64,000 nucleotides of DNA, taken from Escherichia coli. Its GTDB lineage: Bacteria; Pseudomonadota; Gammaproteobacteria; Enterobacterales; Enterobacteriaceae. The stretch's first letter is position 1; the number at the start of each line of letters is the position of its first letter. The DNA lies in NCBI GenBank assembly GCA_005400705.1, contig GCA_005400705.1_4079.1; one strand, written 5' to 3'. Both the position numbers and the translations under genes were made by a program. Under the pieces are notes generated by a model. That model did no database searches. It was not told the DNA's origin and saw only the letters and a program-made list of their open reading frames with translations. Below, piece after piece: positions 1 to 9,937 of this stretch.

Positions 1-1
1 A

Positions 2-235
2 GAGTATGTGTTAAAAGCTATCAATCCAGATTCAAGTACAGTTGAAGAAGAACTGTTCCAGATGAGCACTGTTATACCTGAAGAGGTTCTTAGTACTGTT
101 ATTTTTTGTAGTTTAATTTATCATGAATACAAAAAGAACCAGTTCGATTTCCACATGTTAGGAACGTACATCTTCAATAATTTGAATGTAGATCGTTTAA
201 AAGCATTAAATTCAGCAATGGATAAGGTGCTATAA
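2..235 (+). CDS. hypothetical protein, 5' end probably outside window; carries FQMST motif of a paralog family
   Basis: ORF runs to the window edge; the in-frame start at 8 is GTG; contains EELFQMSTV motif shared with ORFs at 1153, 1796, 5280, 16861, 17436. Confidence 0.35.
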   Translation, partial: EYVLKAINPDSSTVEEELFQMSTVIPEEVLSTVIFCSLIYHEYKKNQFDFHMLGTYIFNNLNVDRLKALNSAMDKVL

Positions 236-663
236 TGACAAGAGATGATTGTTTGTACATATGGGATATAATTGAAACTACACTTTCAAATCCAGAAAAT
301 TATAAAACACAAAAAAGACAACGACACAAAACATGGATAGATTTGTTCGTTGAGGACATACACGCAGTGACTATTTGGGATTCACCGAGGACATCAGCAT
401 CTACTCTGTTGGACAATGAATGCATTGATTGTATTAATTCCACTTTTCATCTCCACGGTACTACAATTTTTGGTACATTTCTGGATATTGAAAGTAAAGA
501 TGATATTGATTCACTTGCGTTACAATACCAAGTACTGTATAATACTAAATTAATTTACGATTTAGTACTAGCTTCTTATGTGTATAAATTAATGATGAAA
601 TATAATCATATTTCTGTTTCAGTTTATACTAAGGATATTCTTTCATTAAGAGACAAAACATGA
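235..663 (+). CDS. hypothetical protein (142 aa)
   Basis: ORF track; tight packing with neighbours on + strand. Confidence 0.5.
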   Translation: MTRDDCLYIWDIIETTLSNPENYKTQKRQRHKTWIDLFVEDIHAVTIWDSPRTSASTLLDNECIDCINSTFHLHGTTIFGTFLDIESKDDIDSLALQYQVLYNTKLIYDLVLASYVYKLMMKYNHISVSVYTKDILSLRDKT

Positions 664-1169
664 GTTTATTAAATGCACGCGAATTGGTTGAGATGTATGA
701 GATTTTGTCTTCATATAAAAATTCTCATGGAGATGTGATTCTCGACAAAAAGTTCCATGTCAGTGTTGAAAATATATCAAATATAGATATGATTTCTTTG
801 GTGGAAAGTAATAAGTCAGGTCTTGAACGCGATATCATGCGTTTGATTTATATTCCCAAACCATCATATACTAATGATAGTTCAATTAGTAATGAGACAT
901 TCATGTATAGTCCTGGTACGGATTCTACTATAGTATCGCTGTCCAATAAATCAATGGGTACTTTCCAATTCATCTATACCAGTACTGATAACATTGAAGA
1001 AATTGAATTTCAAAACAATACATTAAGTCCATGTAGTAGTGTTATAACCTTTATGTCATATCTATGGTCAACTAAAACAAGTGCTGTTGTATATAGTTCA
1101 AATTATACACAAGATAGTATTGTTGAATCATATAAAGTTCTAAAGGAATACTATGAAAATAACAAATGA
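660..1169 (+). CDS. hypothetical protein (169 aa)
   Basis: ORF track; 4-nt overlap with upstream gene. Confidence 0.5.
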   Translation: MSLLNARELVEMYEILSSYKNSHGDVILDKKFHVSVENISNIDMISLVESNKSGLERDIMRLIYIPKPSYTNDSSISNETFMYSPGTDSTIVSLSNKSMGTFQFIYTSTDNIEEIEFQNNTLSPCSSVITFMSYLWSTKTSAVVYSSNYTQDSIVESYKVLKEYYENNK

Positions 1170-1734
1170 TTTTATTAAAAGTGTAGTACACCCTATGCTT
1201 AGTATTATGAAAAAAATACAGAATCTACCGGAAGATAACGATTACAAGTTTAATCGTTTTGATTCAGATGTGTTTTGTATTGAAATTGAAATTAATAACA
1301 ATCGCAATTTACATTTAAAATTCAAAGAATCGTCAAGTCCGTACTACAACTTTGATATGAATTTTAAAATAGATACTGACATTGAAGAAAACGTAATATC
1401 AAATCATACTAGCAAAAATGGTTTTATGCATAGAACTACTATGTACAATAATAAAAATAGTATTATATCTAAATGGAATCATCAATTCACTAAAATTTGT
1501 GAAATTGTATATAGTGATTTTGGTGAAGAGAATTACTTTCAGTTAAGTACAATTCATGAACTTCCACCGTATGATTATGTTAAAACATGGTTTGATATTC
1601 ATAATATAATTGATGATGCAATCAAACTTCCATTTGGTGTGTCAATATCATATACTGCTCCTAAAACATTTGTTTTTACTGAAGATATGATTATGAAAAA
1701 GATATGGGCAATTATCCCACTTATGATGGATTAA
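1153..1734 (+). CDS. hypothetical protein, FQLST-motif paralog family
   Basis: ORF track; motif EENYFQLSTIHELPPYDY near C-terminal half. Confidence 0.5.
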   Translation: MKITNDFIKSVVHPMLSIMKKIQNLPEDNDYKFNRFDSDVFCIEIEINNNRNLHLKFKESSSPYYNFDMNFKIDTDIEENVISNHTSKNGFMHRTTMYNNKNSIISKWNHQFTKICEIVYSDFGEENYFQLSTIHELPPYDYVKTWFDIHNIIDDAIKLPFGVSISYTAPKTFVFTEDMIMKKIWAIIPLMMD

Positions 1735-1795
1735 ATTCGTACCAGGGGTTGACTCTGGTATTTTTGTATGATACATTGTCCTAAAGGAGAATTTT

Positions 1796-2347
1796 ATGAA
1801 CTACAATCATGATCTTTTTACATTATGTGCATCCAAATGTGTTGATGGATGGACAGATAAAATCAATACCATAATTCATCGATATCTGGTCTTTAGTTCT
1901 CGTGCACGAAGTGAGGGGGCTATGGATTTCAAATATACACTATCTATTGATGGTGTAACTATCCATGCAGACGAAGAACGTCTGAGCATTAATTTGTATG
2001 ATTCCTGTGTATTTGCTATTCACCAAAAGATGGGGAAAGGATGGGGTTGTAATAACATTAACTCAAAAGCTATCTTTTGGGTTGGTCACCACCAGACAGT
2101 ACTTGATCCTTCAATCAAATCTAATCTTTTATCCGATAATATGGTTTATGATTTATTGTACTCCGAAGAACAACATTTTCAGTTAAGTACATTACATGAT
2201 CTGGCACAGTACGAGGATTGTTACAAAACATTAGAACTATGCCATTCCCTTGAACTTAAAGATAAATTGATACAAGTTTACCCTTCATTCTTTCATGAAG
2301 AAGTACAAAGTACACTAGATCATATTTTATATGGATACGATAAATGA
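1796..2347 (+). CDS. hypothetical protein, FQLST-motif paralog family
   Basis: AAAGGAGA Shine-Dalgarno before ATG 1796; motif EEQHFQLSTLHDLAQYED. Confidence 0.55.
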   Translation: MNYNHDLFTLCASKCVDGWTDKINTIIHRYLVFSSRARSEGAMDFKYTLSIDGVTIHADEERLSINLYDSCVFAIHQKMGKGWGCNNINSKAIFWVGHHQTVLDPSIKSNLLSDNMVYDLLYSEEQHFQLSTLHDLAQYEDCYKTLELCHSLELKDKLIQVYPSFFHEEVQSTLDHILYGYDK

Positions 2348-2946
2348 GAAAAAGTTATCAAGAAGCTATTGACTTAATTCGTGAAGTTATCAAGGTGGCT
2401 CCTGCTGCTATTGAGTTCAAGAAGTCCATATACAAGAAGTATGGTTCAATGTCGAGTATGTGCTTTCAAAAGAAACGTAGAGCATTCACTACCCAGTACT
2501 GGAATGATTCTATCATCCTGAGCAATGAGACTCAGCGTATTTTAACACTAGAATCTGAACCTAATGAGTACGGGGAAGGGAACATTTGTGTACCTGATTA
2601 TGATGAAATTAACTTCAACTGCGGTGATTTTGAAACAACATTATTACTTCATGAGGGTTATCCAGAAGGTGATGTATTAGCTGAGTACAATCCAAAAACT
2701 AAAATTCTCAAAAGAGGAATCCAGTTCACTATTAATAACAAAGATGATGTTCAAGCAGCACTGATGCAACTGAGTACAAGTGAACCTATCACTATTAGTG
2801 TAGAAGAGTTATGGGGAATTATTTCAGTACTCAATGAGTGCTATAAAGTAAAATCATTGCGTAAACACAGCATTATATTACATACCAATATGGCAAATAT
2901 AAAATGTAAGCACATTCAAGAAATGGTGGTTCCAGATGGACTTTAA
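2344..2946 (+). CDS. hypothetical protein (200 aa)
   Basis: ORF track; ATGA overlap with upstream gene. Confidence 0.5.
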   Translation: MRKSYQEAIDLIREVIKVAPAAIEFKKSIYKKYGSMSSMCFQKKRRAFTTQYWNDSIILSNETQRILTLESEPNEYGEGNICVPDYDEINFNCGDFETTLLLHEGYPEGDVLAEYNPKTKILKRGIQFTINNKDDVQAALMQLSTSEPITISVEELWGIISVLNECYKVKSLRKHSIILHTNMANIKCKHIQEMVVPDGL

Positions 2947-3520
2947 AGAAATTGAAAGTAAATTAAAGTACTTCAAAGATATCAAACTTCTTTGGGAAAA
3001 GTATAAAGTTGATTACAATTTCAGTGATGATGACACTGTAAAAACAATTGAGATTAATATCAAAATCAAGTTCAAGAATAATAATTATGGTGAAGTAACC
3101 TTAAATCATACTGGTATATCACTCAAGGACTATGATGGTTCAACACTCGCATATTTTGACTTCACACCAGAACCAGGTGAAACACTACTTAGTGAGATAA
3201 ATTCCTATGACATGGAAGTGTTCGGCGGGAATCCGTTACTGTTCCGACTTTCTGAAGATTGGAGTGAAGAATACTACACTTACAAAGATGGTGTAGTACT
3301 TGACATTAATGGTGAAGTTGTGAATGACTTGGAAGAACGCTTGTTCCAAGAATTGTGTGTTTCAAATACTTCATATGCATACAATCATATCCTTGACATG
3401 TTTGATTTATATAGTAAAATAGATGCTGAAATGAATGCACATGGTATTCATTATCTTACAATCAACGACTATGCTCAACTTGAAACTGTAGTGAAAGCAT
3501 TGACTAAAGTACTGAAATAG
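2936..3520 (+). CDS. hypothetical protein (194 aa)
   Basis: ORF track. Confidence 0.5.
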   Translation: MDFKEIESKLKYFKDIKLLWEKYKVDYNFSDDDTVKTIEINIKIKFKNNNYGEVTLNHTGISLKDYDGSTLAYFDFTPEPGETLLSEINSYDMEVFGGNPLLFRLSEDWSEEYYTYKDGVVLDINGEVVNDLEERLFQELCVSNTSYAYNHILDMFDLYSKIDAEMNAHGIHYLTINDYAQLETVVKALTKVLK

Positions 3521-3529
3521 GAATGAAAT

Positions 3530-3943
3530 ATGAAACTGTATCATGCGAGTACTGTAAAAATTGATAACTTTTATATCCCGTATGGTGGTCTTCATATGGG
3601 AGGTAAACACAGTGCTTTGGAAGCTGCATTACGCAAGCTCAGAAGTCCACTGAACGTAGTAGACGCATGTACAGTATACTTGCATACCTTAGAAGTTGAT
3701 GTTGATAACGTGCTTCTGTGTGAAGATTTAGGCAGTGATGATGAGTGGCGTTCACTTATTGAGAATTGCACTGCTCAAGGTTATGATGCTGTTCAGTACA
3801 AAAATGATTACGAGCCAGACAATGTTCCTAGTTTTATGATTTGGGATGCATCTAAAGTTCGCATCATTGAAGTTGATGCTATGCATATGGATGAAGCTGA
3901 AATGATTATCGAAGATTTTCTTGATGAATATGAAGGTGTATAA
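3530..3943 (+). CDS. hypothetical protein (137 aa)
   Basis: ORF track; GGAATGAAATATG context. Confidence 0.5.
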   Translation: MKLYHASTVKIDNFYIPYGGLHMGGKHSALEAALRKLRSPLNVVDACTVYLHTLEVDVDNVLLCEDLGSDDEWRSLIENCTAQGYDAVQYKNDYEPDNVPSFMIWDASKVRIIEVDAMHMDEAEMIIEDFLDEYEGV

Positions 3944-4461
3944 TGATTGAACCTATGACAGTACTAGCACGTACTAAATTATTATTGAGGATTGGTGAGA
4001 TATTCACTGATATTTTGTACAGTGGGATTGATATACTTGAATTAGGCATTAAGCAACCGTGGGAATTAACCAAGTTCTCTGCGTTCCATCGTTTATCCTA
4101 TAAAGGGGAAACGGTTCTTGACTTGAACCCCAAAGCCAGATTCATGGACTATGCAGCTTTATATGGAACATGTGGAGGAATAACAAATGATTTCAAAGAA
4201 ATTAAAGTTCAAACAGCGTCACATGAATTTAATGATTTATTATATCCAGAATTTAAGTTAACAGAAGAATCATTCTTCCAGTACTCATTGATTTTAAAAG
4301 ATCTTAATGATTTAGAGTACTACAAAGAGTTAGTAGATATTTTTATTAATACACGACTTTCAAAAGATATTGTGATATTCTGGTATACAGAGCATGTTAC
4401 GGAGGAATTGCTTACTGAATTTCTTCTAAATATGACAGCTATAAAGGAGAAGTTATGTTAG
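3943..4461 (+). CDS. hypothetical protein (172 aa)
   Basis: ORF track; start overlaps upstream stop. Confidence 0.5.
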   Translation: MIEPMTVLARTKLLLRIGEIFTDILYSGIDILELGIKQPWELTKFSAFHRLSYKGETVLDLNPKARFMDYAALYGTCGGITNDFKEIKVQTASHEFNDLLYPEFKLTEESFFQYSLILKDLNDLEYYKELVDIFINTRLSKDIVIFWYTEHVTEELLTEFLLNMTAIKEKLC

Positions 4462-4928
4462 ATATTTTAGGAAACATCGACACTGCAAATTATTTTATTC
4501 AAGATGCATTGTTTAATACAGTACAACAAGGTTTAGAAGTTCACCACAATGTTTATCAGGGTGATGGATATTTTGTTGATATTATCGAGACACGTAAAAA
4601 TACATTTAATGTTAACATTACGACGCTTGGAAGACAGAACATTGCACGAATTTTAGTAAGTAAAGATGAAATAGTACTGAGATACAGTGCTAAGTTTATG
4701 TTGACTTATAAGAAAAAAACTGATATGTTCAGTACTAATTTATTTGATGAGCCATTTGACCTTGAAGATATTGAAGCTACTTTCTTTACTCAAAGTACTA
4801 TGGTAAAATACACTGATGTTCAATTTTCTGCTGATGTAATGTCAGAAACATTACAAATGATCAAGGTATTATTTTATGCATTTGAGCAATTTAGAGAAGA
4901 AAGAAACAAGGTTAACAACCACAGATGA
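4455..4928 (+). CDS. hypothetical protein (157 aa)
   Basis: ORF track; AAGGAGAAG before start. Confidence 0.5.
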   Translation: MLDILGNIDTANYFIQDALFNTVQQGLEVHHNVYQGDGYFVDIIETRKNTFNVNITTLGRQNIARILVSKDEIVLRYSAKFMLTYKKKTDMFSTNLFDEPFDLEDIEATFFTQSTMVKYTDVQFSADVMSETLQMIKVLFYAFEQFREERNKVNNHR

Positions 4929-5289
4929 ACTAATAGAGGCGATCACTAAGGAGTCAAAATACCATAAAGGTATTCGTCTATACTTTATAGATACTGGTTC
5001 GATGGAAGGTACATACATTTATGGTTCACAATCGTTGTCTTATGATGCAATGCCAAATAAACATGTTAAAATCTTTTTAGGTTCAAGTAATAAAACTTTC
5101 TTGACAATTAATGATAGCAGTGTTATTATGAATTCGTTGGGTCATGATAAGGTGGAAATTGATCTAAACACGCTGGAGGATATTGATTTTTTTCAATACG
5201 AGTGTTTAGGTGTTGACTTACATGGCATTAGTAGCGATATGATAAAATCATTAATCAAATATTTCGAAGGTGTTCATAAATGTATCTAA
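4876..5289 (+). CDS. hypothetical protein; true start uncertain (53-nt overlap with upstream ORF)
   Basis: ORF track. Confidence 0.4.
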   Translation: MHLSNLEKKETRLTTTDELIEAITKESKYHKGIRLYFIDTGSMEGTYIYGSQSLSYDAMPNKHVKIFLGSSNKTFLTINDSSVIMNSLGHDKVEIDLNTLEDIDFFQYECLGVDLHGISSDMIKSLIKYFEGVHKCI

Positions 5290-5777
5290 CTAAATCAATG
5301 AAAAATTCATTTGATAAAATCAAGAGTTGTCTTGATGGAGAAAATATTACAAGTGTTACACAAACTGCTGACCAAATTCAAAGCAGTTCAAGTGATTGCA
5401 CTGTTATTTTTGGTTTACATAGTCTGCGTTTATCAATAGTAAATAATATTGACAACACTGCTATTGTAATCACACCATGCAATATTCAAAATGAGAATGG
5501 TGTATATCTTCATCACATGGGAACAGTATTTCACATTTTCAATTCAAACGAAAACATTGTTAAGGAATACAATACTCTTAATATTGATTCAGGTGAATTA
5601 TTTCAAATGAGTACTTTGTACTCATGTAATTTTACAGATACTTCATGTATTTTGCCATTTTTCTTGGAAATTATTAAGAAAATGGAAAATTTAAAACGTG
5701 AATACAATAAAGAAATGGTTCCTGAAGCTATATTAAATATTACTAATGCTATAGAGAAGTATAATGCAGTGACTTAA
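5280..5777 (+). CDS. hypothetical protein, FQMST-motif paralog family
   Basis: ORF track; motif SGELFQMSTLYSC. Confidence 0.5.
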   Translation: MYLTKSMKNSFDKIKSCLDGENITSVTQTADQIQSSSSDCTVIFGLHSLRLSIVNNIDNTAIVITPCNIQNENGVYLHHMGTVFHIFNSNENIVKEYNTLNIDSGELFQMSTLYSCNFTDTSCILPFFLEIIKKMENLKREYNKEMVPEAILNITNAIEKYNAVT

Positions 5778-5819
5778 TAAAAACGCACATGGAGTGCATT
5801 AGAAGATCAAGGATAGATC

Positions 5820-6293
5820 ATGGAGATTAAAACTGTTGAAAATGGGAAAATTGATGACATTTTAGAGTTGGACGCATTCAAAGTTCATGATATAATGTTT
5901 AATGTGAAGGACATTATTCAATGTCTATTTTTGTGTAGCAAGACAATGCATGATTTTTTTCACAACCCAAATACTAACGTTTTTATACTAACAATCAGTA
6001 CTGAAAACTCGTTTATCATGGGTATGCCTATGAGTACAAATGAACAATATATTGATTGTGTTATTCGTAATAACGATAGTATTACGCCACAATCTGAAGT
6101 ACGTAAAAAGAAAAACACCTACACAATCAAAGATGATAAAATTATGATGTGCTGTAGTAAAGGGTTTATATTAGATAATTTTATCGTAAAAGACAGTTAT
6201 CACGACTTTAAAGTATCTGAAAATCAATCCAATGTAGTTCTTTATGCGAGTGACATAGAAAGTCTAACAGTTAAAGATCCCAGTTTGGAGTAA
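5820..6293 (+). CDS. hypothetical protein (157 aa)
   Basis: ORF track. Confidence 0.5.
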   Translation: MEIKTVENGKIDDILELDAFKVHDIMFNVKDIIQCLFLCSKTMHDFFHNPNTNVFILTISTENSFIMGMPMSTNEQYIDCVIRNNDSITPQSEVRKKKNTYTIKDDKIMMCCSKGFILDNFIVKDSYHDFKVSENQSNVVLYASDIESLTVKDPSLE

Positions 6294-6295
6294 GT

Positions 6296-6427
6296 ATGGC
6301 TAAGAAAGTAAACAATTTCGTACAGAAACACATGAATGAGTTTAACAAGCCTCAGACACATGTGGATCGTAAAAAAGAAATGAAAAATGGTAAAGTAAAA
6401 CACAAGTCGAGATTTATTCTCGACTAA
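6296..6427 (+). CDS. small basic protein (43 aa, MAKKVNNFVQKH...), below ORF-track size cutoff
   Basis: ATG at 6296 immediately after upstream stop; uninterrupted frame to TAA at 6425-6427. Confidence 0.3.
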   Translation: MAKKVNNFVQKHMNEFNKPQTHVDRKKEMKNGKVKHKSRFILD

Positions 6428-6450
6428 TTTTTTGTATAAATTTATGAGGA

Positions 6451-7305
6451 TTGTATATGTTAGACATTTCAGATTTTCTTAATTTTAAAAAGTATTCAGT
6501 ACTTGAACATATCAACGAATTTCTGAATTCTACTACACCATTTGGTATCAGTACATCAGATGTATACGATGGATATACAATCTTCCCATACAATGACTTT
6601 CAAATTTCCGTCAAAAAAGGTTTTACAAAAGAAGTTGCAATTCGTGATGTAGTAATGTATAGCGATTCTTCTATTTCTTACTGTCATGATGTGAACAAGT
6701 TTGAATCTCTTGCAACACCTAATTGTTCATACTACAAATCCCATGACACGATGATGTATAAAGAACAACATATCAATGGTGTTTCGTTCTATAAAACTAG
6801 CAGTGATAAATCATATACATCTAGAGATGATTTTGGAAAATACACATGTACTATGCACACGGATAATGAAAAAACAAATTACACTCATTCATTCGAGTCC
6901 AAATTCCAAGAGAGTGAAGTTTCAAATATCACTATACAAGAACAGGTTTCAGAAGGCATTGTATATCGTAGCACTGCATTCTTTCGCATGAAAGATATTG
7001 TCACAGGCAGACCAATGATGTACAATATTGACATATACATGAAAGGTGATATATCCGAAGTAGTGATTAGTACTGGTTATCGTGAAAAATATACAGTTAC
7101 AATGGAATCACCAGATGCATCATTAGTTCACCTCTTTAACAATTTATATACATTCCAATTCGAACTTAGTTTCGATCCAAATGAATATCAAATATTTGAT
7201 ATATTAAAAAGTAATATTATTAATAAGTTAGAATATTACTACAAGTTAGGTGGTAAGATGTGCATAGTTAATACTATGTTACATAACATAAAAGAAACAT
7301 TATAA
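6451..7305 (+). CDS. hypothetical protein (284 aa)
   Basis: ORF track; GAGGA before start; TATAAATT late-promoter-like site at 6435. Confidence 0.5.
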   Translation: MYMLDISDFLNFKKYSVLEHINEFLNSTTPFGISTSDVYDGYTIFPYNDFQISVKKGFTKEVAIRDVVMYSDSSISYCHDVNKFESLATPNCSYYKSHDTMMYKEQHINGVSFYKTSSDKSYTSRDDFGKYTCTMHTDNEKTNYTHSFESKFQESEVSNITIQEQVSEGIVYRSTAFFRMKDIVTGRPMMYNIDIYMKGDISEVVISTGYREKYTVTMESPDASLVHLFNNLYTFQFELSFDPNEYQIFDILKSNIINKLEYYYKLGGKMCIVNTMLHNIKETL

Positions 7306-7321
7306 ATCTGGAGGATTTGGT

Positions 7322-7615
7322 ATGGATACTAAATTCAAAATTATTTTTAAAACTAAGCCGTATATTCCACATACAGCAGAACGTTTTATACCACATGGTG
7401 CTGAGGAAATTATTCACCAAGATGGTACTAAGTTATACCTTGTTCCTTGTTCTTATGAACGTGCAGTAGAAATGTTGCTAATGAATGCTAGACTATGCAA
7501 AAACAAGTACATTAGTTACCTATACAATGAACATATTTTAGATTTCAATGATGAAAATATGTTCATTCTAGCAATTGAGGATTTTGATAACTGGTACAAT
7601 ATTATTAAAATCTAA
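7322..7615 (+). CDS. hypothetical protein (97 aa)
   Basis: ORF track; GGAGGA Shine-Dalgarno. Confidence 0.5.
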   Translation: MDTKFKIIFKTKPYIPHTAERFIPHGAEEIIHQDGTKLYLVPCSYERAVEMLLMNARLCKNKYISYLYNEHILDFNDENMFILAIEDFDNWYNIIKI

Positions 7616-7625
7616 TGAAAATAAT

Positions 7626-7670
7626 GTGAACATATTAGATTCTTGTGATATAATGTTCACATCTTTTTTT
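7626..7670 (+). terminator. hairpin (GTGAACAT / ATGTTCAC) followed by T-run; an extended -10 is embedded in its 3' arm
   Basis: inverted repeat 7626-7633 / 7653-7660 followed by TCTTTTTTT. Confidence 0.5.
7646..7654 (+). promoter_or_regulatory. extended -10 promoter element TGATATAAT
   Basis: exact TGnTATAAT match ~30 nt upstream of gene at 7687. Confidence 0.4.
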
Positions 7671-7686
7671 GATAACGGAGATATAG

Positions 7687-8073
7687 ATGAATACAAGTTC
7701 AGTCCTAAAAGCAATTGGTGGTGTTTTACTCATTGAAGTAAAAGGTGAGCCAAAGCTATGCTGTTTAGAAGATATGAAGAATACAAAACACTTCAGTACT
7801 GGTCAGATTTTCAATGCCATTCGTATTCTAAATGACAAATCCATTGCTGATTATGGAAAAGTTTGGCCTGTATATCAAAATGCTGATGGTGATATCAGTA
7901 CTGATTGGAAAACAATTGAGGCGGTACGACAAAGTTGTGAGAGTGATTGGGACTTCATTGTTGAAGTTTGTGATCAACTACAAGAAGATGTTCCAGAAAT
8001 TGTTGAACGAAAAGAAGTTCTAGCACGACTTGAAAAATTCCGTCACGGAACACTACAGTATGACACAATCTAA
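7687..8073 (+). CDS. hypothetical protein (128 aa)
   Basis: ORF track; AACGGAGATATAG before ATG. Confidence 0.55.
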   Translation: MNTSSVLKAIGGVLLIEVKGEPKLCCLEDMKNTKHFSTGQIFNAIRILNDKSIADYGKVWPVYQNADGDISTDWKTIEAVRQSCESDWDFIVEVCDQLQEDVPEIVERKEVLARLEKFRHGTLQYDTI

Positions 8074-8122
8074 TCTGCTTATTAAAAATATCTAATTAAC
8101 ATTATATAAAAGGAATTTAAAA

Positions 8123-8428
8123 ATGGAAGACAATGGAATGAAATTTGATATGTTTGAAGGTGTACCAGAGTTCGATTTCAACAAACTTGAAGAAGGTGAG
8201 GAATCAGAACTAGTTAGTGTTACACTTAAAGCAGATTCTAAAAAGAAATATTCATCATCAGTACGTTCACGTTCACAAGAAGAATACGAATCATTTATTG
8301 AAAGTATTCATTATGAAACATTCCATCACGCAGATGGAACTCCATATGAAGTACGTGTAACAGTACTGAAGCCTGAAGTAAATCCAATGGAAAATCTACG
8401 TCCTGTTTACTGCTGGGCAAGTCACTAA
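8123..8428 (+). CDS. hypothetical acidic protein (101 aa)
   Basis: ORF track; AAAGGAA before start; terminator follows. Confidence 0.55.
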   Translation: MEDNGMKFDMFEGVPEFDFNKLEEGEESELVSVTLKADSKKKYSSSVRSRSQEEYESFIESIHYETFHHADGTPYEVRVTVLKPEVNPMENLRPVYCWASH

Positions 8429-8436
8429 TAAACCAA

Positions 8437-8468
8437 AGGACGGGATTTGTTATCTCGTCCTTTTTTTT
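8437..8468 (+). terminator. rho-independent terminator
   Basis: stem AGGACG...CGTCCT followed by T8. Confidence 0.75.
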
Positions 8469-8480
8469 GTCTGGAGATGT

Positions 8481-9335
8481 ATGAAACTTTATCTAATCGT
8501 TGACTACAATAAGGATTATGCTGGTAACTTCACCGAAGATTCGGATGGATATTGCACATCGACTAATGTCAATGTACGTAGCAGTAGTGCTCATGAACAT
8601 GAATCTTGTAAAAATCTAAAAGATTTTATCGCATACCGAGCATTTGAAAAGAACTTCTGCCGCAGTAGATATTCGAAGTTTGAGTACCCGTTAATTGATG
8701 TTCCTGATGATTTAATGTTCCAGTTAATGCTGACTGGAGTTCAAGATTATGATTACATAGCGTATAATCATATTACTAAGAAAATTTATATTGGTACATC
8801 ATCACATGACACTTCTATGTATGCATCATGCCCAGATGATCGAATGAATGATAGAAAATCATACTATAGTGGGTCAGTTGGTTTAAATGATTCATTAAAT
8901 AAAAATTCATTCTTTGAGTATGTTTATGATTACCATCATGAGAAAAAAGAACGTGAAGATTACTGTATAGCAATTGATAGTACTAATGGTTATGAAGACG
9001 TGAAAGAAGCACTTATGCCGTACATTATTGAAAAGTACTACAAAGATTTTCAGTACTGTAGTAATTTTCTAATCAGAAATTCTATTATAATCGGTCGCCA
9101 ATCTAGTGCATACTCTCAGTACTATAATGATTCACCAGTAGCATCGGCAAATGAAATGTGTGATATTTTACAAATTCCACGTGAAGATATGGCATTCATT
9201 TTTACATCTTTTATTGAAGATGATGAGTTGTATATTAAAAATAAACACCGTTTCATGCCAAGCAAGATTGAGGTTATTCGAAGTTTTAGTGTTGATATAC
9301 TAACAAATTTCACAGAAAAAACCGAATATAACTGA
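8481..9335 (+). CDS. hypothetical protein (284 aa)
   Basis: ORF track; GGAGATG context. Confidence 0.55.
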   Translation: MKLYLIVDYNKDYAGNFTEDSDGYCTSTNVNVRSSSAHEHESCKNLKDFIAYRAFEKNFCRSRYSKFEYPLIDVPDDLMFQLMLTGVQDYDYIAYNHITKKIYIGTSSHDTSMYASCPDDRMNDRKSYYSGSVGLNDSLNKNSFFEYVYDYHHEKKEREDYCIAIDSTNGYEDVKEALMPYIIEKYYKDFQYCSNFLIRNSIIIGRQSSAYSQYYNDSPVASANEMCDILQIPREDMAFIFTSFIEDDELYIKNKHRFMPSKIEVIRSFSVDILTNFTEKTEYN

Positions 9336-9365
9336 GACAAATGATAAGTTAATGATATAATATAA

Positions 9366-9397
9366 GGTGACAACATAATATGTTAGTCACCTTTTTT
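9366..9397 (+). terminator. rho-independent terminator
   Basis: stem GGTGAC...GTCACC followed by TTTTTT. Confidence 0.7.
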
Positions 9398-9399
9398 AA

Positions 9400-9935
9400 T
9401 CCTGAAAGGTTCCCATAAGGAAATGATTAAAAGCCTAATCCACTCGAAAATGTAGAGGGTAGATGAGTAGTCCTTTCAGTACGAACAGCAGATGAAACCC
9501 GTTAGATGATGGCATAGTTTGAACCACTCACGGCAATGCGGCTGTATAAAGAACTCCAATAGGATAAAGAGAGTTCCTCGATAGACATATAAGGATCGCA
9601 CCTTACCAATTATCTAAGGGAGATTTCATAAGAAATATGCGGTCGGAATTATACAATATAGTTGCGTCCAAATTTTGTGAAATCAAATACAAGTACTGGT
9701 CATATGGTATTTGTATTATGTGTCGGGATGTTTAAGACCGACGACCGTTGCTACAAGAACCGCGATAGAGAGAAACAGAGCAACCCGCTTTCGTCTCGTA
9801 AGAGAATTCGTGATATGAACTATGTGAAGGCCACCAGCGTCAAATTTTTTTGTTCTTTCCCCTGCGGGGGGATGAAATATGCTCAAGCAAACCCCGTCAA
9901 TATTAATTAAAAGAAAATAGTACTTGTAGAATTAG
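9400..9935. other. GC-enriched ORF-free island with nested inverted repeats; candidate structured non-coding RNA
   Basis: no credible ORF; visibly higher G+C than flanks; CCTGAAAGG (9402) pairs with CCTTTCAG (9471); hairpins GTCGG...CCGAC (9722-9742) and CCCCTGCGGGG (9860-9872). Confidence 0.35.
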
Positions 9936-9937
9936 AC

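Noticed and set aside
9353-9361. TGATATAAT at 9353 as a functional promoter
   Set aside because: It sits only about 5 nt upstream of a strong terminator hairpin, so a transcript from it would terminate at once unless it drives the downstream RNA island; not called as a feature.
9662-9910. 82-aa ORF inside the GC-rich island
   Set aside because: Starts at TTG with no Shine-Dalgarno; the translation is not protein-like and the ORF runs across the hairpin-rich segments; more likely non-coding.
9400-9935. tRNA genes in the GC-rich island
   Set aside because: Could not find a T-loop GTTCRANYC segment with matching acceptor stems; a tRNA call is not supportable by eye, though a formal scan is still worthwhile.
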